Of a stretch of DNA of 64,000 nucleotides, positions 35,116 through 47,854 are shown one piece after another. The position numbers and the translations under genes are program-made. Below the pieces are notes generated by a model. It ran no database searches. It saw nothing but the letters and a program-made list of their open reading frames with translations, and was not told where the DNA came from. How positions within the stretch are numbered: position 1 is the stretch's first letter; every line of letters starts with the position of its first letter. Source of the DNA: Squalus acanthias (Eukaryota); assembly GCA_030390025.1 (NCBI GenBank), contig CM059432.1, positions 22,756,001 through 22,820,000 of the forward strand. The letters run 5' to 3'.

Positions 35116-35769
35116 AAAAAAAAAATTCCGTGGGTGTGCTAATATATAGGGGCATACAGAGCTGCAGGCTTTGAAATGGGGCTGCAGCTCAACTGCTTGG
35201 GTGGGAGCTCTAGAAAATGTTCCAAAATCATTGGGAATCTGGTGAAGCTAATATCCTGGCCACTACTCCACTGTTTATGGCTGAAGTGGTAGGCAGATGA
35301 AAATGTGTCCCAGTCTGTCTTGCTTCTTTGCATGCTGGGGGATGTCCTCCTCATTACAAATGACATTGTGCTATTCTACTGATGAGCTTACCACAACTTG
35401 CAGGACCGCAGTATTAAATTAATTCCTTCTCTGTTGCCTTTCAGACATTTCTACCAAAAAAGACACACTCCACAGCTGGGTCAATGACCATTTTGACATG
35501 TATTCCAGTTAAGTGGTTTTTCAACTTCTTGTATTACTGCTGGTGGCTCATGATTGACTGCTAATTTTTCTGTGGCACTAATGAAATCACATTCTCAAAA
35601 ACTGTATGAGTGAGAAGGCACACATTCCTGGGATCGCATTAACATTCCATTAGTCTGGGAGACAACAGGGTAGATCTTGATTTTGTGGGATAGTATAAAC
35701 GGATGATAGCGAGGCAACAGCGAGTCAGAAGTCAATGGAAATAAATATCTGGAGAGATGTAAAATGGGC

Positions 35770-36070
35770 TGCTTCAGGACATCCCAAAGCACTTTATAGC
35801 CGATGAAGTACTTTTGAAGTGTCGTCACTGATGAAATACAAGAAAACTTAGCAACCAATTTGCGCAAAAAGCAATGAAATAAATGACCAGATAGGTGTTG
35901 GCTGATAATAAATATTGGCCAGGACACTGGGAGACACTCCCCTGCTCTTCTTTGAATAGTGCCATGTGATCTTTCACGTCCACCTGAGAGGGCAGATGGG
36001 GCCTCGGATTAGCGTCTCATCTGAAAGAAGGCACCTCCAACAGTGCAGCACTCCCTCAGTACTGCACAGA
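35770..36070 (-). mobile_element. Deu-SINE fragment
   Basis: Reverse complement of the core at 27680-27960. Confidence 0.75.
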
Positions 36071-36116
36071 AATATAAACTAATTCTTAACATGTGGACGA
36101 CAGTCATAGAGTCAGA

Positions 36117-39036
36117 GGGAGAAAAATTCAGTTGGTTTGCGCCTCCCTTTAGCGCCATAAGAGGGCGCTAATGGGGCGCAAAGCAACTAGTGCCCGTACG
36201 CGGCGATGTTTGCGCCGCTCACAAATTAACTAGATATTTTGCGGTGGCGCTAAACAGTACCGCCAAAATCTCCTGCGCCGGCCGATCGTGACGTCAGTCG
36301 AGAGTGCAACGCCCCGGTAGCGCCCCGGACTGGATATTGAGTGGCACTCCCTGTGGCTAACAAGGGAAATTAGGGATAGCATAAGATCCAAGGAGAAGAC
36401 ATATAAATTGGCCAGAAAAAGCAGCAAACCTGAGGATTGGGAACAGTTTAGGATTCAGCAAAGGAGGACAAAGGGATTAATTAAGAGGGGGAAAATAAAA
36501 TATGAGAGGGAACATAAAAACTGACTGTAAAAGCTTCTATAGATATGTGAAGAGAAAAAGATTGGAGAAGTCAAGCGTAGGACCCTTGCAGTCAGAATCA
36601 GGGGAATTTATAATGGGGAACAAAGAAATGGCAGACCAATTAAATATATACTTTGGTTCTGTCTTCACAAAAGAGGATACAAATAAACTCCCAGAGATGT
36701 CAGGGAACATAGGGTCTAATAAGAGTGAGGAATTGAATGAAATCAGTATTTGTAGAGAAATGGTGTTAGGGAAATTGACGGGATTGAAGGCCGATAAATC
36801 CCCAGGGCCTGATAATCTACATCCTAGGGTACTAAAGGAAGTGGCCCTAGAAATAGTAGATGCATTGCTGGTCATCTTTCAAAATTCTATCGACTCTGGA
36901 ACAGTTCCCATGGATTGGAGGGTAGCTAATGTAACCCCACTATTTAAAAAAGGTGGTAGAGAAAAAATGGGGAATTATAGACCGGTAAGCCTAACATCGG
37001 TAGTGGGCAAAATGTTAGAGTCCATTATAAAAGATGTAATAGCAGAGCACTTGGAAAACAGGGACAGACTCGGACAAAGTCAAAATGGATTTAAAAAAGG
37101 TAAATCATACCTGACTAATCTACTGGAATTTTTTGAGGATGTAACTGGTAGAATAGATAGGGGAGAACCAGTGGATGTGGTGTATTTGGACTTTCAGAAG
37201 GCTTTCGATAAGGTCCCGCATAAGAGATTAGCCTGCAAAGTTAAAGCACATGGGATTGGGGGTAAGGTACTGATTTGGATAGAGAACTGGTTGGCAGACA
37301 GGAAGTAAAGAGTTGGAATAAACGGGTCTTTTTCCGACTGGTGGGCAGTGACTAGTGGGGTACCGCAGGGATCGGTGCTAGGACCCCAGCTATTCACAAT
37401 ATATATTAATGATCTAGACGAGGGAACTAGATGTAATATCTCTAAGTTTGCTGACGACACAAAGCTGGGTGGGCGTGTGTGCTGTGAGGAGGATGCAGAG
37501 AAACTCCAGTATGATTTGGATAGGTTGGGTGATTGGGCAGATGCATGGCAGATGCAGTATAATGTGAATAAATGCGAGGTTATCCAATTTGGTGGCAAAA
37601 ACAGGAAGACAGATTATTATCTGAACGGCAATAGATTGGGAAAAGGGGAAGTGTAATGAGATCTGGGAGTCCTTGTGCACCAGTCGCTGAAAGTAAGCAT
37701 GCAAGTGCAGCAGGCGGTTAAGAAGGCAAATGGTATGTTGGCCTTCATAGCGAGAGGATTCGAGTACAGGAGCAAGGATGTCTTGCTGCAGTTGTACAAG
37801 GCCTTGGTGAGACCACACCTTGAGTATTGTGTGCAGTTTTGGTCGCCTTATCTGAGGAAGGATATTCTTGCCATGGAGGGAGTGCAGCAAGGATTTACCA
37901 GACTGATACCTGGGATGGCAGGAATGACGTATGAAGAGAGATTGGGTCGATTAGGCTTATATTCGCTAGAGTTTAGAAGAATGAGAGGGGATCTCATTGA
38001 AACTTATAAAATTCTAACAGGACTAGACAGACTAGATGCAGGAAGGATGTTTCCGATGGCAGGGGAGTCCAGAACCAGAGGTCACAGTCTAAGGATAAGG
38101 GGTAAGCCATTTAGGACTGAGATGAGCAGGAATTTCTTCACCCAGAGAGTGGTGAACCTGTGGAATTCTCTACCACACAAGGCAGTTGAGGCCAATTCAT
38201 TAAATATATTCAAGAAGGAGTTAGATATATTTCTTATGGCTAAAGGGATCAAGGGATATGGGGAGAAAGCAGGGACAGGGTACTGAATTTGGATGATCAG
38301 CCATGATCTCATTAAATGGCGGAGCAGGCTCGAGGGGCAGAATGGCCTACTCCTGCTCCTATCTTCTATGCTTCTATGCTTACCGCCTGCCGCTAGCAAC
38401 GACAGGTTGAGGGGAGCGTTTTCGCAGTCCGGAAGGGACTGGGGGAGTGCTATTTAAAGGCGACCACTTCCTGCCTTTTTTTGTTGGTGACATTTTTGCA
38501 CCATGCATTCTGAGAGAGAGAGAGAGAGAGACTTCTGGAGAGATTCAACGCTGTGTGAAGGAGTTTTGGGTACTGAGCAGCACTTTGCAGGTTCATTTTG
38601 ATTTTCCCTTCCTTGTATCGATTTAGAAGAGACTGTGGGGGCTGCACTCTGAGCTCTTTCTCATGGCCTCTCCATTGTTCTTTCCAGTAGATTTGATATA
38701 CAGGTCTCTCCAGGCCGAGATTCAAGGCTGCAATGAACAGGATGTGGATGGAGAGCAAGATCAACCCTCCCCTTTAAGAACTGGCCGGCGCCATTGTGTC
38801 TGTGTTCCATTGCTGACTGACATCACATGAGCTTCGCCAGCGCTCTGAGGTAGCGCCTCGCTCCTCGGCCTTTGCGCCTTAAGACAGGTGTGTAGCGCCT
38901 GATTTAACTCTCCAATCACCTCCAGGTGCGATAAAAGCCAAGTTTGCAGTTGGAGGCGATAATTAGCGCCAGGTGCTAATCTTTGCGCCCGGCCGATAAT
39001 TGCGCCCCAAATGGGGCGATACTGAATTTCTCCCCC
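36117..39036 (-). mobile_element. Second copy of the 23738-24631 Harbinger MITE, inverted and split by a CR1
   Basis: 36117-36354 and ~38379-39036 are the reverse complement of the first copy. TIRs GGGAGAAAAATTCAGT / ACTGAATTTCTCCCCC. Sits in the (CATAGAGT)n tail of a CR1. Confidence 0.9.
36355..38380 (+). mobile_element. 5'-truncated CR1 (RT region) inserted in the MITE
   Basis: RT ORF pieces 36502-37308, 37348-37656 and 37675-38286. (CTTCTATG)n tail. No TSD, microhomology at the junctions. Confidence 0.92.
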
Positions 39037-39330
39037 ATAGAGTCATAACGGCGCAGAAGGAGGCCATTCGGCCCATCGAGTCCGCGCCGGCTCTCTGCAG
39101 AGCAATCCAGTCAGTCCCATTCTCCCGCTCTATCCCCGTAGCCCTGCAAGTTTATTTTCCTCAAGTGCCTATCCAGTCTTCCCTTGAAAACATTGACAGT
39201 CTCCACTTCCACCACTTCCGTCGACAGCGAATTTCAGGTCCTCACCACTCGCTGCGTAAAAAAGTTTTTCCTCACATCCCCCCTATATCTCTTGCCCAAA
39301 ACCTTAAATCTGTGTCCCCTAGTCCTTGTA
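39037..39330 (-). mobile_element. CR1 3' fragment (tail continues at ~36102-36116)
   Basis: Typical CR1 3'UTR on the minus strand. Confidence 0.75.
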
Positions 39331-39439
39331 CAGAACTTTCAACAAAAAGTATTTGTGGCTGCTTGTATTCCAGCACCATGAGCAGTTATGGAAAAAAAAT
39401 AGACAAGAAGTCACATTGTCATTTCAGAATAACTTTAGT

Positions 39440-39720
39440 CCTATCTCAAATATTAATTCATTTCAAATTAATTCATCAATATGTAAATTTAATTCATTAC
39501 CTAATGCATTCACTGATAAAGCACTACACACGCAAATTGACTTATACACACAATTTTTTTCTAAATTAATTCATATTTGTGAAATTTAGAATTCATTTGC
39601 AAATTGATTTGGGCATGAATTTAAGAATTAATTTCAAATATAAAAACTGTTGCTGACATTCTAATTAAACAATTCAGAGAGTTCCTGGTGCTGCAGTGGA
39701 TGGTGCAAACCATTAAATTC
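39440..39720. promoter_or_regulatory. Candidate enhancer: cluster of TTAATTCAT (POU/homeodomain-like) motifs
   Basis: Exact TTAATTCAT at 39453, 39468, 39489 and 39566 plus variants, in non-repeat DNA. Confidence 0.3.
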
Positions 39721-40264
39721 AGGTGATATGCTGTCAGTTGAGGTGAGATACGGTTAGATCAGAGAGTGAGTGGTGCAGCTCAGCGTTGTACGACAGACCT
39801 GTTGTTTCATTGGAAATTAAGAAGGCTTGAAGGAAGATATTACTGCTGCATGGCTGATTTAGGTTCAGAATATGAAAATAAATCACACAGACACAAGACA
39901 ACAGCTGTGTAAGGTTGTCAAGCCTATTACTCTTTGTGTAGAAATGTTCCTCCTGACTTCCCTTCTTACTCACAACTTGCTCATTAACTTTAGCTTCGAT
40001 CACCTGGTATTTGAATTTTTCACCACAGTGAATCATGGCCCGGAATTTGCGGTTGTAATGACGGTGAAACTGTCAGCGTTCGCCGTCATTACCCTATGAA
40101 ACTAACAACAACTCCTGGAGTCCGCACATGTGCACTTAAACGCGGAAATCCAGAAGTTGGTGTCAGTGATTCCCTGCTTCTCCACAGGCGACGCTGTTGA
40201 AGTCCCCACAGATGGCAATCTTTGAGAAATCACGGAACTGAAGAGAACGGACCTGAGTAGGACT

Positions 40265-40608
40265 GGAACATGGCAGTTGCTGATGATTCTGCCATTGTCA
40301 TTTACACCTCATCTAGACTCTTCTTTTGTTTCTTAACCTGTCCCATTACCATCTCCTTTTGCCTTGCACCATCATCCCTTTGTCTTTTAATCTCTCCTGC
40401 CTTCCATCCTATCACAGACCTTCCCTCTTGCTCTTTCCTTCACTCCCCCCTCTCCCTGCCCCTACACTTGCTTAAAAATCTGTTACATCTCTACCTTTTT
40501 CCAGTTCTGATGAAGGGTCTCAGACCTGAAACGTTAACTCTGTTTTTTTCTCTCCACGGAAGCTGCCTGACCTGCTGAGTGTTTCCAGCATTTTCTGTTG
40601 TTATTTTG
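40265..40608 (+). mobile_element. Penelope-like element 3' end (pLTR)
   Basis: Reverse complement of ~55510-55845. Ends CTGCTGAGTGTTTCCAGCATTTTCTGTTGTTATTT. Confidence 0.8.
40503..40539 (+). ncRNA. Minimal type I hammerhead ribozyme motif in Penelope pLTR
   Basis: AGTT-CTGATGA-AGGGTC(TCA)GACCT-GAAA-CG-TT-AACT: both catalytic boxes, stem II, a 4-bp stem I and palindromic ACGT in place of stem III. Confidence 0.7.
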
Positions 40609-41064
40609 GACTAAGTCATAAGTACTGCTGAGCAACATCTCTGGCCCTGAAAAACTAATTTTATATCTATGCAATGTCAAATGTTGCCATTATGATAAAA
40701 ATTCCATGTTTTTTAATACATATTTTTTTTAATTTTGTTTATGATATTTCAGCTTCTACCTTAATCCCATGTATATGTCCCAATCTTTATTTCGCTCTCT
40801 ATAAAATTTATAAAAAGTGAAGGATAATCAGTGCAGTTTACTTCCTGGTTTGCTGTCTGAGAATTCTTCAATGTGATTGGCTGCTTAGCCTACTTGATGA
40901 CATCAATGTTGCTGGATGCTGGACATCCCCTAGACTTGGTGCCAGAATCAAATTAACATTTGAAAATGTGAAATCCACGCCACAGAGATCGCTAGATCTT
41001 TGTGGGCATCTTTCTTCAAGGTCAGCAGTGAGCAGTAGAGGGCAGCACTCCAAGCTCTCCGACT

Positions 41065-41390
41065 TTTTTTTTAATTATTCGTTTATGGGATGTGGGCATC
41101 GCTGGCAAGGCCAGCATTTATTGCCCATCCCTAGTTGCCCTTGAGAAGGTAGTGGTGAGCCGCCTTCTTGAGCCTCTGCAGTCCGTGTGGTGAATGTACT
41201 CCCACAGTGCTGTTATGTAGGGAGTTCCAGGATTTTGACCCAGCGACGATGAAGGATCAGGCGATATACTTCTAAATCAGGATGGTGTGTGACTTGGAGG
41301 GGAACTTGAAGGTGGTGGTGTTCCCATGCGCCTGCTGCCCTTGTCCTTCTAGGTGGAAGAGGTCGCGGGTTTGGGAGGTGCTGCCAAGAT
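41065..41390 (-). mobile_element. 3' fragment of the 22557-23218 LINE family
   Basis: QHLPNPRPLPPRRTRAAGAWEHHHLQVP shared with the 22601-23158 ORF. Confidence 0.85.
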
Positions 41391-41434
41391 CTCCTACTTA
41401 ATTTAGTAGACTTGTATATCCTCATTTTCCCCAG

Positions 41435-41640
41435 GAAAGAAAGACTTTGCATTTATATATGAACTTCCCACATTCTCAGAATGTTTCAAAGTGCTTTTCA
41501 GCCAACAATTACTTGTGTAGGCAAACATGGCAGTCAGTTTCTGCACAGCAAGATCTCAAAACTGCAAATGAATGAATGACCAGATGATCTGTCTGTAGTT
41601 GTGCTTTTTGAGGGAGGAATGTTGGCCATGATACCAAGAC
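41435..41640 (-). mobile_element. Old Deu-SINE 3' fragment
   Basis: AGAAAGACTTTGCATTTATAT tail and degenerate body similar to 53633-53850. Confidence 0.55.
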
Positions 41641-42454
41641 ATAAATAAACGGATGACCCTGTGTTAGGTGTTGTCAATGACAGCGGACCATGAGAATCGA
41701 GCCCTGGGGAATGCCTGCAATTGGGTAAAACCTGATGGAAAGTGCTGTGCCCACTCCACTCCCATTGTAACTACTTTTTCAATGTCATATGTTTGGCCAT
41801 TGAATTTCAGTTTCCACAGGAATGCAAACTGAATTGCATAATGTGATTCTGAGAAAGTAATAAAAATTAAATCCAATGTAATTAAAAGGAATTTATCTGA
41901 TTCAGTGAGCCTGAAGCAGTGTTCTTAGTTTAAGCCATTAGTCACGGCTGTCTCTCAGTTGCACGCTGTTTTTGAGTTGTCAGTTTATGTGACACCGTGC
42001 CAGCTGTTTTTGGAACTGTTGGTCAGTTTTTCTGAGTTCTGTAGGTAGGGACATATTTGTACCCTTCACGTCAATGGAGAAAATCATGAGAACTGTTTCA
42101 AGATATCGATGCCCAGTGCTGATCAACAGATCAATTTGGCTGCTTTGTTTGAATGTAACATATTGTGGCATAAATCATATTTGTAATTCAGCCTGTAAAC
42201 TAAGAGTTGACAAAGCAGTTAGGAATTGATTCAAAAGGACATGAACAGAAGTTAAATGGATAGTTAACAAGACACCTCATATTACATCAAACAAGTTGAT
42301 ACCATGCATAACAAAATCGATAAATATTATCAGGAACTTGTGAATTTTTTTTTCCAGTCGAAGCTACCTCAATGTAACGAAACTTGTTGTCCCCAGATTG
42401 TTTTTCTAATGTAATTAAGGTATATATTACCATTTTCTCCATTCATCCCAATTT

Positions 42455-42795
42455 TTATTTTATTCATTCCGGGATGTGGGCGTCACTGGCAAGGCCAGCA
42501 TTTATTGCCCATCCCTAATTGCCCTTGAGAAGGTGGTGGTGAGCTGCCTTCTTTAACCGCTGCAGTCCGCGTGGTGAAGGTACTCCCTCAGTGTTGTTAG
42601 GGAGGGAGTTCCAGGATTTTGACCCAGCGACGATGAAGGAACAGCGATATTCCCTCAAGTCAGGATGGTGTGTAACTTGGAGGGGAACTTGCAGGTGATG
42701 GTGTTCCCATGCGGCTGCTGCCCTTGTCTTTCTAGGTGGTAGAGGTCACGGTTTTGGGAGGTGCTGCCGAAGAAGCCTTGGCGAATTGCTGCAAT
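42455..42795 (-). mobile_element. 3' fragment of the 22557-23218 LINE family
   Basis: Reverse complement of ~22880-23218. Confidence 0.85.
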
Positions 42796-43144
42796 GGAAA
42801 TGACATTTGATGGCACCTAAATCAGCTGGAATCTACAGGGTAAAATCACCGATCCTGGCCTCCCAGCAGGGAGCCGGATTCAAAGGGAGCAAAGCTCAGA
42901 GATGGGTACAACATTAGAGCTGATTCTCTAACCCGCCGTCTCTTTGAGCATGGCTACCTGCTGAGAGCACAGGATTGGTGAATTTATCCTTGCATGCCAA
43001 CATATATAAAGATGATGATTTTTCAAAATGTTTTTCTTTGTTGGCATTGAAGAAAACTTATTTTAATTAGTTTTTAATCAGGAAGGTATGCTGCACTCTT
43101 TGTATTATTCCCCTCCCTTCTGTCCTGAAGGTGCAGAGTCACAG

Positions 43145-43452
43145 GAAGGAACATAGAAACAGGAGTAGGCCCCTCGAGCCTGTTCCATCATTCAATTATA
43201 TAATGGTTGATCTGTATCTTAACTCCATCCCATATTACAACAATGGCTACACTTCAAAAAGTACTTAATTGGTTGTAAAGCTCCTTGGGGTTTCCTGAGG
43301 TCATAAAAGGTGCTGTATAAATGCAAGTTCTTTCTTTTTATCTACCCATCTTGGTTCCGTAACCTTTAATACCTTTGCCTAACAAAAATCTAGCAATCTC
43401 AGTATTGAAATTTTCAATTGACTTAGCCTCAACAGCTTTTTGGGGGGAGAGA
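43145..43452 (-). mobile_element. CR1 3' fragment with an embedded Deu-SINE tail (~43230-43338)
   Basis: LSPQKAVEAKSIENFNTEIARFLLGKGIKGYG motif. Confidence 0.7.
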
Positions 43453-44629
43453 GATCGTCCCAAAACACACGCTGGGGTACAGCCCCATGGTTGCTGCTCA
43501 CCCTTCAAAACAGCAACCTTCAGGGCTCCAGCACCAATCCCTGTCCCCTGGGGTGGGCTGGGGGTGGGGGAAGGCACTTACCTTGGTTCCTGTGTCTTTG
43601 CTGCCTGCCCCTCTCTGATCCAGGAGGTGCTGAACCCAGGGCCTGAGGTCCACTTCCTTTGGACAACCGTCAAAATGGGAATTCCATCGGCGATTAAAAA
43701 AGAAAGTGAGTCGGGAACCCTGGGAACGCCCCTCCAGCCTCATTAACATCTGGGCAGAGCTGCTGGGACTACCCTCAGGGGACACCCCAGAAATCCCAGG
43801 GCTATGTAAAAGGGTTGGAGAACCAATGTCACAGATCTCCTCTCCTTTATCCTGTGTGTTGCTCCCAAGGAATAAGTGTTCCTAGGAGAAAAACACAGTA
43901 AAATCAGCCCCCTAGATCAGGCTATTCAGTTAAAGCTGGGGGGGTGGGGGTGGGGGTGGGTGGCGGGGGGGAGCATTGCAGCTGAAGTCAATCCTTTCTT
44001 CATGTCTCACACACATCAGGAGTCATGTGATAGCAATCAACACTGGGAGTGTTGGCTGTTTTTTCCTTTCTATCTCAGCAACACTGAGGCTAATTGTAGT
44101 ACCTCCATCACCACCCTGGTCAGCTAATTCAGCAAGCCTCTAACTTTCCTAGCTTGTATGATTCACACCAGATAGTGCACTTACTGACATCAGCGTAGAG
44201 GGAGCACATTATAATACCTTTACTATTTCAGAGATCAGCTCAGTTTCTGAGTTCCTGGGTATCTAACACAAAACTGTAGTGATGTTTGGTGAGTCTGCTT
44301 ATTTGTAAATGCGACAAAAAGAAATCTAGTTCACAAGAAACATAACAAGATAGAGAAATTAAACCAAAGCAATTTTGAAGGCAGCAGGATAAGAGGACAG
44401 AGATTCAGAGTTGTGAAAGTCAAGGTTAGGACAGAAATCAGGCAATATTTCTTTACATAGAGGGTGATTGACAACTGAACAGGTCACAAAGTGCTTGAGG
44501 CCAGGATATTGGACTCTTTTAAGAAACAGCTTAGATGCTGTAATAGGAAAATGGCAGGGTTGGTATTCTGGAGGGATGAGATAAAATGGTCTCAAGGACC
44601 TTCTTGCCTAAGCTGATCTTGTGAGTTCC

Positions 44630-44970
44630 ATATCATAGAATAATACAGCACAAAAGGAGGCCATTCAGCCCACCATGTATGTGCCGGCTCTTTGAAAGAG
44701 CTATCCAATTAGTCACATTCTGCTGCCCTTCCCATTAGCCCTGCAAATTTTTCCCCATCAAATATTTATTCAATTCCCTTTCGAAAGTTACTATTGAATT
44801 TGCTTTCACCACCCTTTCAGGCAGTGCATTCCAGATCATAAAAATTCACTGCGTAAAAAAATTTCTCCTCATCTCAACTCAGGTTCTTTTGCCAATTACG
44901 TTAAATCTGTGTCCTCTGGTTACTGACCTTTCTGCCATTAGAAATAGTTTCTCCTTATTTATTCTATACC
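44630..44970 (-). mobile_element. CR1 3' fragment (an older plus-strand fragment lies at ~44350-44620)
   Basis: CR1 3'UTR and ORF2 end on the minus strand. Confidence 0.7.
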
Positions 44971-46072
44971 TTATTTGTCACAGACACTGTGGGACATCCC
45001 GCTGATTGGGTGAAGGATGAAGTTAACCTACAAACACATCAAATCATTTTCTAGAATTTTGAATTAGTTACTAGAAATTTACTGCTTGCTTGAAATCATT
45101 ATCTGTAATAAGTATCTTGATGCTTTTGTTATAGGAAACCTATTACAATAAATACTAACTATTTTCTGACACTCCTTTTCTCAAATTAGCAAGATTAAAC
45201 TAGTGTAGTGTTCAAAAGGAAACTTAACACAATCTAGTTTACAGAATATTGTTTGCAGATTTCCTTTTACATTGGATTACATAGGATATACGGCACAGAA
45301 ACAGGCCATTCAGCCCAACGAGTCCATGCCAGCGTTTATATTCCACACGAGCCTCCTCCCGTCTTTTCTCATCTAACTCTATCAGCGTAATCCTCTATTC
45401 CCTTCTCCCTCATATGCTTATCTAGCCTCCCCTTAAATGCATCTATACTATTTGACTCAACTACTCCCAGTGGTAGCGAGTTCCACATTCTCACCACTCT
45501 CTGGGTAAAGAAGTTTGTTCTGAATTCCCTATTTGATTTCTTGTTCTTGGTGACTACCTTATATTGATGGCCTCTAGTTATGCTCTTCCCCACAAGTAGA
45601 AAAACTCTCTCTGTATTTACGCTATCAAAACCTTTCATAATTTTAAAGACCTCAATTAGGTTACCTCTCAGCCTTCTTTTTTCAAGCAAAAAGAGACCCA
45701 GCCTGTTCATCCTTTCCTGATATGTATACCCTCGCATTTCTGGTATCATCCTTGTAAATCTTTTTGTGCCCTCTCCAGTGCCTCTATATCCTTTTTATAA
45801 TATGGCGACCAGAACTGTACGCAGTACTCTAAGTGTGGTCTAACCAAGGCTTGATACAAGTTTAGCATAACTTCCCTACTTTTCAATTCTATCCATATTT
45901 TTATGGCCTTATTAACCTGCTTTTAGTGATTTGTGTATTTGTACTCCTAGATCCCTTTGCTCTTCTACCCCATTTAGATTCTTATTTTCCAAGTAATATG
46001 TGACCTCCTTATTTTTCTTACCAAAATGTAATACCTCATATTTATCTGTGTTGAATTTCATTTGCCAATTAT

Positions 46073-47478
46073 GGGGGCGATTTTCCCACTGGAGGCGAGA
46101 TGGAGGCGGGTTTCAGTTTGGGTGGGTTTGAAACTCGCCTCCACTGATAGGTTTAAAAAATTTGCGATTTTCCCATGATTGGCCACTTGATTTCAGAGGT
46201 GTGGGATGCCCTTGCTCAATTAGTGTTTTGGGACTGAAACTCGCCTCTGTTGACAGCACTTTTCAAGTCTGATTTTATGACTTCTTGCTCCCTTGGCTCA
46301 TTCCACAGCATTTCTGCGTCTCCTGCACCACGGCCAACATCTTTTGAGAAACCACTATGTCCAATTCCAAGGCAAGGGCCTACCCGAGGCTCTCGGATGA
46401 GGCGCTGCAAATGTTGTTTGTGGGGGTGACAGCTAGCAGGGAGGTGCTCTTCCACTCATCTCGGAGTAAGGGGCCTGCCAAAGAAACCAAAGCTGTGTGG
46501 GTACAGCTGGCAAGGGATATAACCTCCAGATCTGTGTGCAGATAGGGAGACTGTTTCTGTGTATTGATAAAATGCCATCCCTGTTGGAAAGTATTAAAAT
46601 GATTTGAAGCCAAAATGTTGGCGTTATGCCATCTGTTCTTTCGCCTTAGGCAGCTCCACATTGCGGGCACCGGCACACTTGCGTTGTCAGGTTGGTGGCC
46701 TGAGTGAAAGGAGGCCAGAGAGTCATGTCCATTGTCAATGATGTCCTAGGATGGAGCCAAGGACATGTGCCAACTTGAGCAACCTATGCAAATCTGGCCA
46801 TGAAAAGTTCATCCCTTGCATCCCGGGCAGCCATGTGCTTGCATGCTGCCGCTGGTCGATACACCGGCGCTCTGACCTCCTCCTCCTCCAGATTCTCCTC
46901 CTCCTCCTCCTCATCTGAGGTCGATGCAGAAAGAAAATGAATGGTTCCCATTCTGCTTGTAGATGCCTCCTTTGGGGAAGCGCTCATTGCAAGCGGGGAG
47001 AGGGTCTTCCAAGGAGGTCCCACAGTTGATGGAGTCAAGCTGCAGCACCTCTGACATCAGAAGGCCTTCTAAAAGTGCTCAGATACCTTTTAAAGCCAAG
47101 GTCTGGCACCTGCAAGTAATCCTTGCTGCAATAAACGATGTCTTGTTAGACCTGCGACAGTGAGGAGGCCACCCACGAGTCAACCCGCCAAGTTTACCTG
47201 GCGTGGTTCAGGAGGTGCATGGAGCATGCTGAAATGCTGGAAAAATCAGGAGGGCCTCTCCAAATAGGCTTAGAGAGGCCCTTAATGAGCATTTAAGGAG
47301 GTTAAATAACGCAATGGCCAGCTGGAGACGGGAGCGTTTCCCGATCTCCAAAACCGGCACCGGCAAAATCCCGCGGAGGCGGGTTGGAGGCGGGTTCCAA
47401 ACCCGACCTCTTTGAATCTGATTTTCCCGCCTTTCCCGCCTCCAAACCCGCCTCCTCCGACATCAGAAAATCGCCCCC
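46073..47478. mobile_element. Internally deleted Harbinger element retaining the Myb/SANT-like N-terminus
   Basis: 13-bp TIR GGGGGCGATTTTC / GAAAATCGCCCCC, TAT TSD, ORF 46357-46545 PRLSDEALQML...REVLF...WVQLA. Confidence 0.85.
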
Positions 47479-47708
47479 TATATGTCCATTCTGCAAGTTT
47501 ATTAATGTCTCCTTGTAATTTGTTGCAGTCCTCCTCAGTATTGACTATCTCCCCACTTTGGTGTCATCCACAAATTTAGAAATTGTGTTTTTGATTCCAC
47601 AGTCTAAATAATTAATATAAATCGTGAACAACATTGGTCCCAGCACTGATTCTGTGGTATCCCAATTACCACCTTCTTCCACACTGAATAGCTACCCTTT
47701 ACCCCTAC

Positions 47709-47854
47709 AACAACAATACAAAAGCAAAATACTGAGGATGCTGGAAATGTGAAATCTGACAAAAGGTCATCGACCTGAAATGTTAACTCTGTTTCGCTCT
47801 CCACAGATACTGCCTAATCTGCTGAGTATTTACAGCATTTTCTGTTTTTATTAT
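47709..47854. mobile_element. Penelope-derived inverted fragment with 13-bp TSD and a decayed hammerhead
   Basis: CCTTTACCCCTAC at 47696-47708 and 47855-47867. Contains CTGACAAAAGGTCATCGACCTGAAATGTTAACT. Confidence 0.8.

Larger units (their letters stand above)
40036..41060. mobile_element. Probable non-autonomous Harbinger-type element interrupted by a Penelope fragment
   Basis: Terminus GGCCCGGAATTTGC resembles other Harbinger ends in the window. Subterminal palindrome GTAATGACGG...CCGTCATTAC. Right end not found. Confidence 0.45.

Noticed and set aside
44232..44288. Plus-strand exon-like segment (TTTCAG|...TTG|GTGAGT)
   Set aside because: Stops in all three frames and no partner exons. 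It shows that pseudo-exons arise by chance here.
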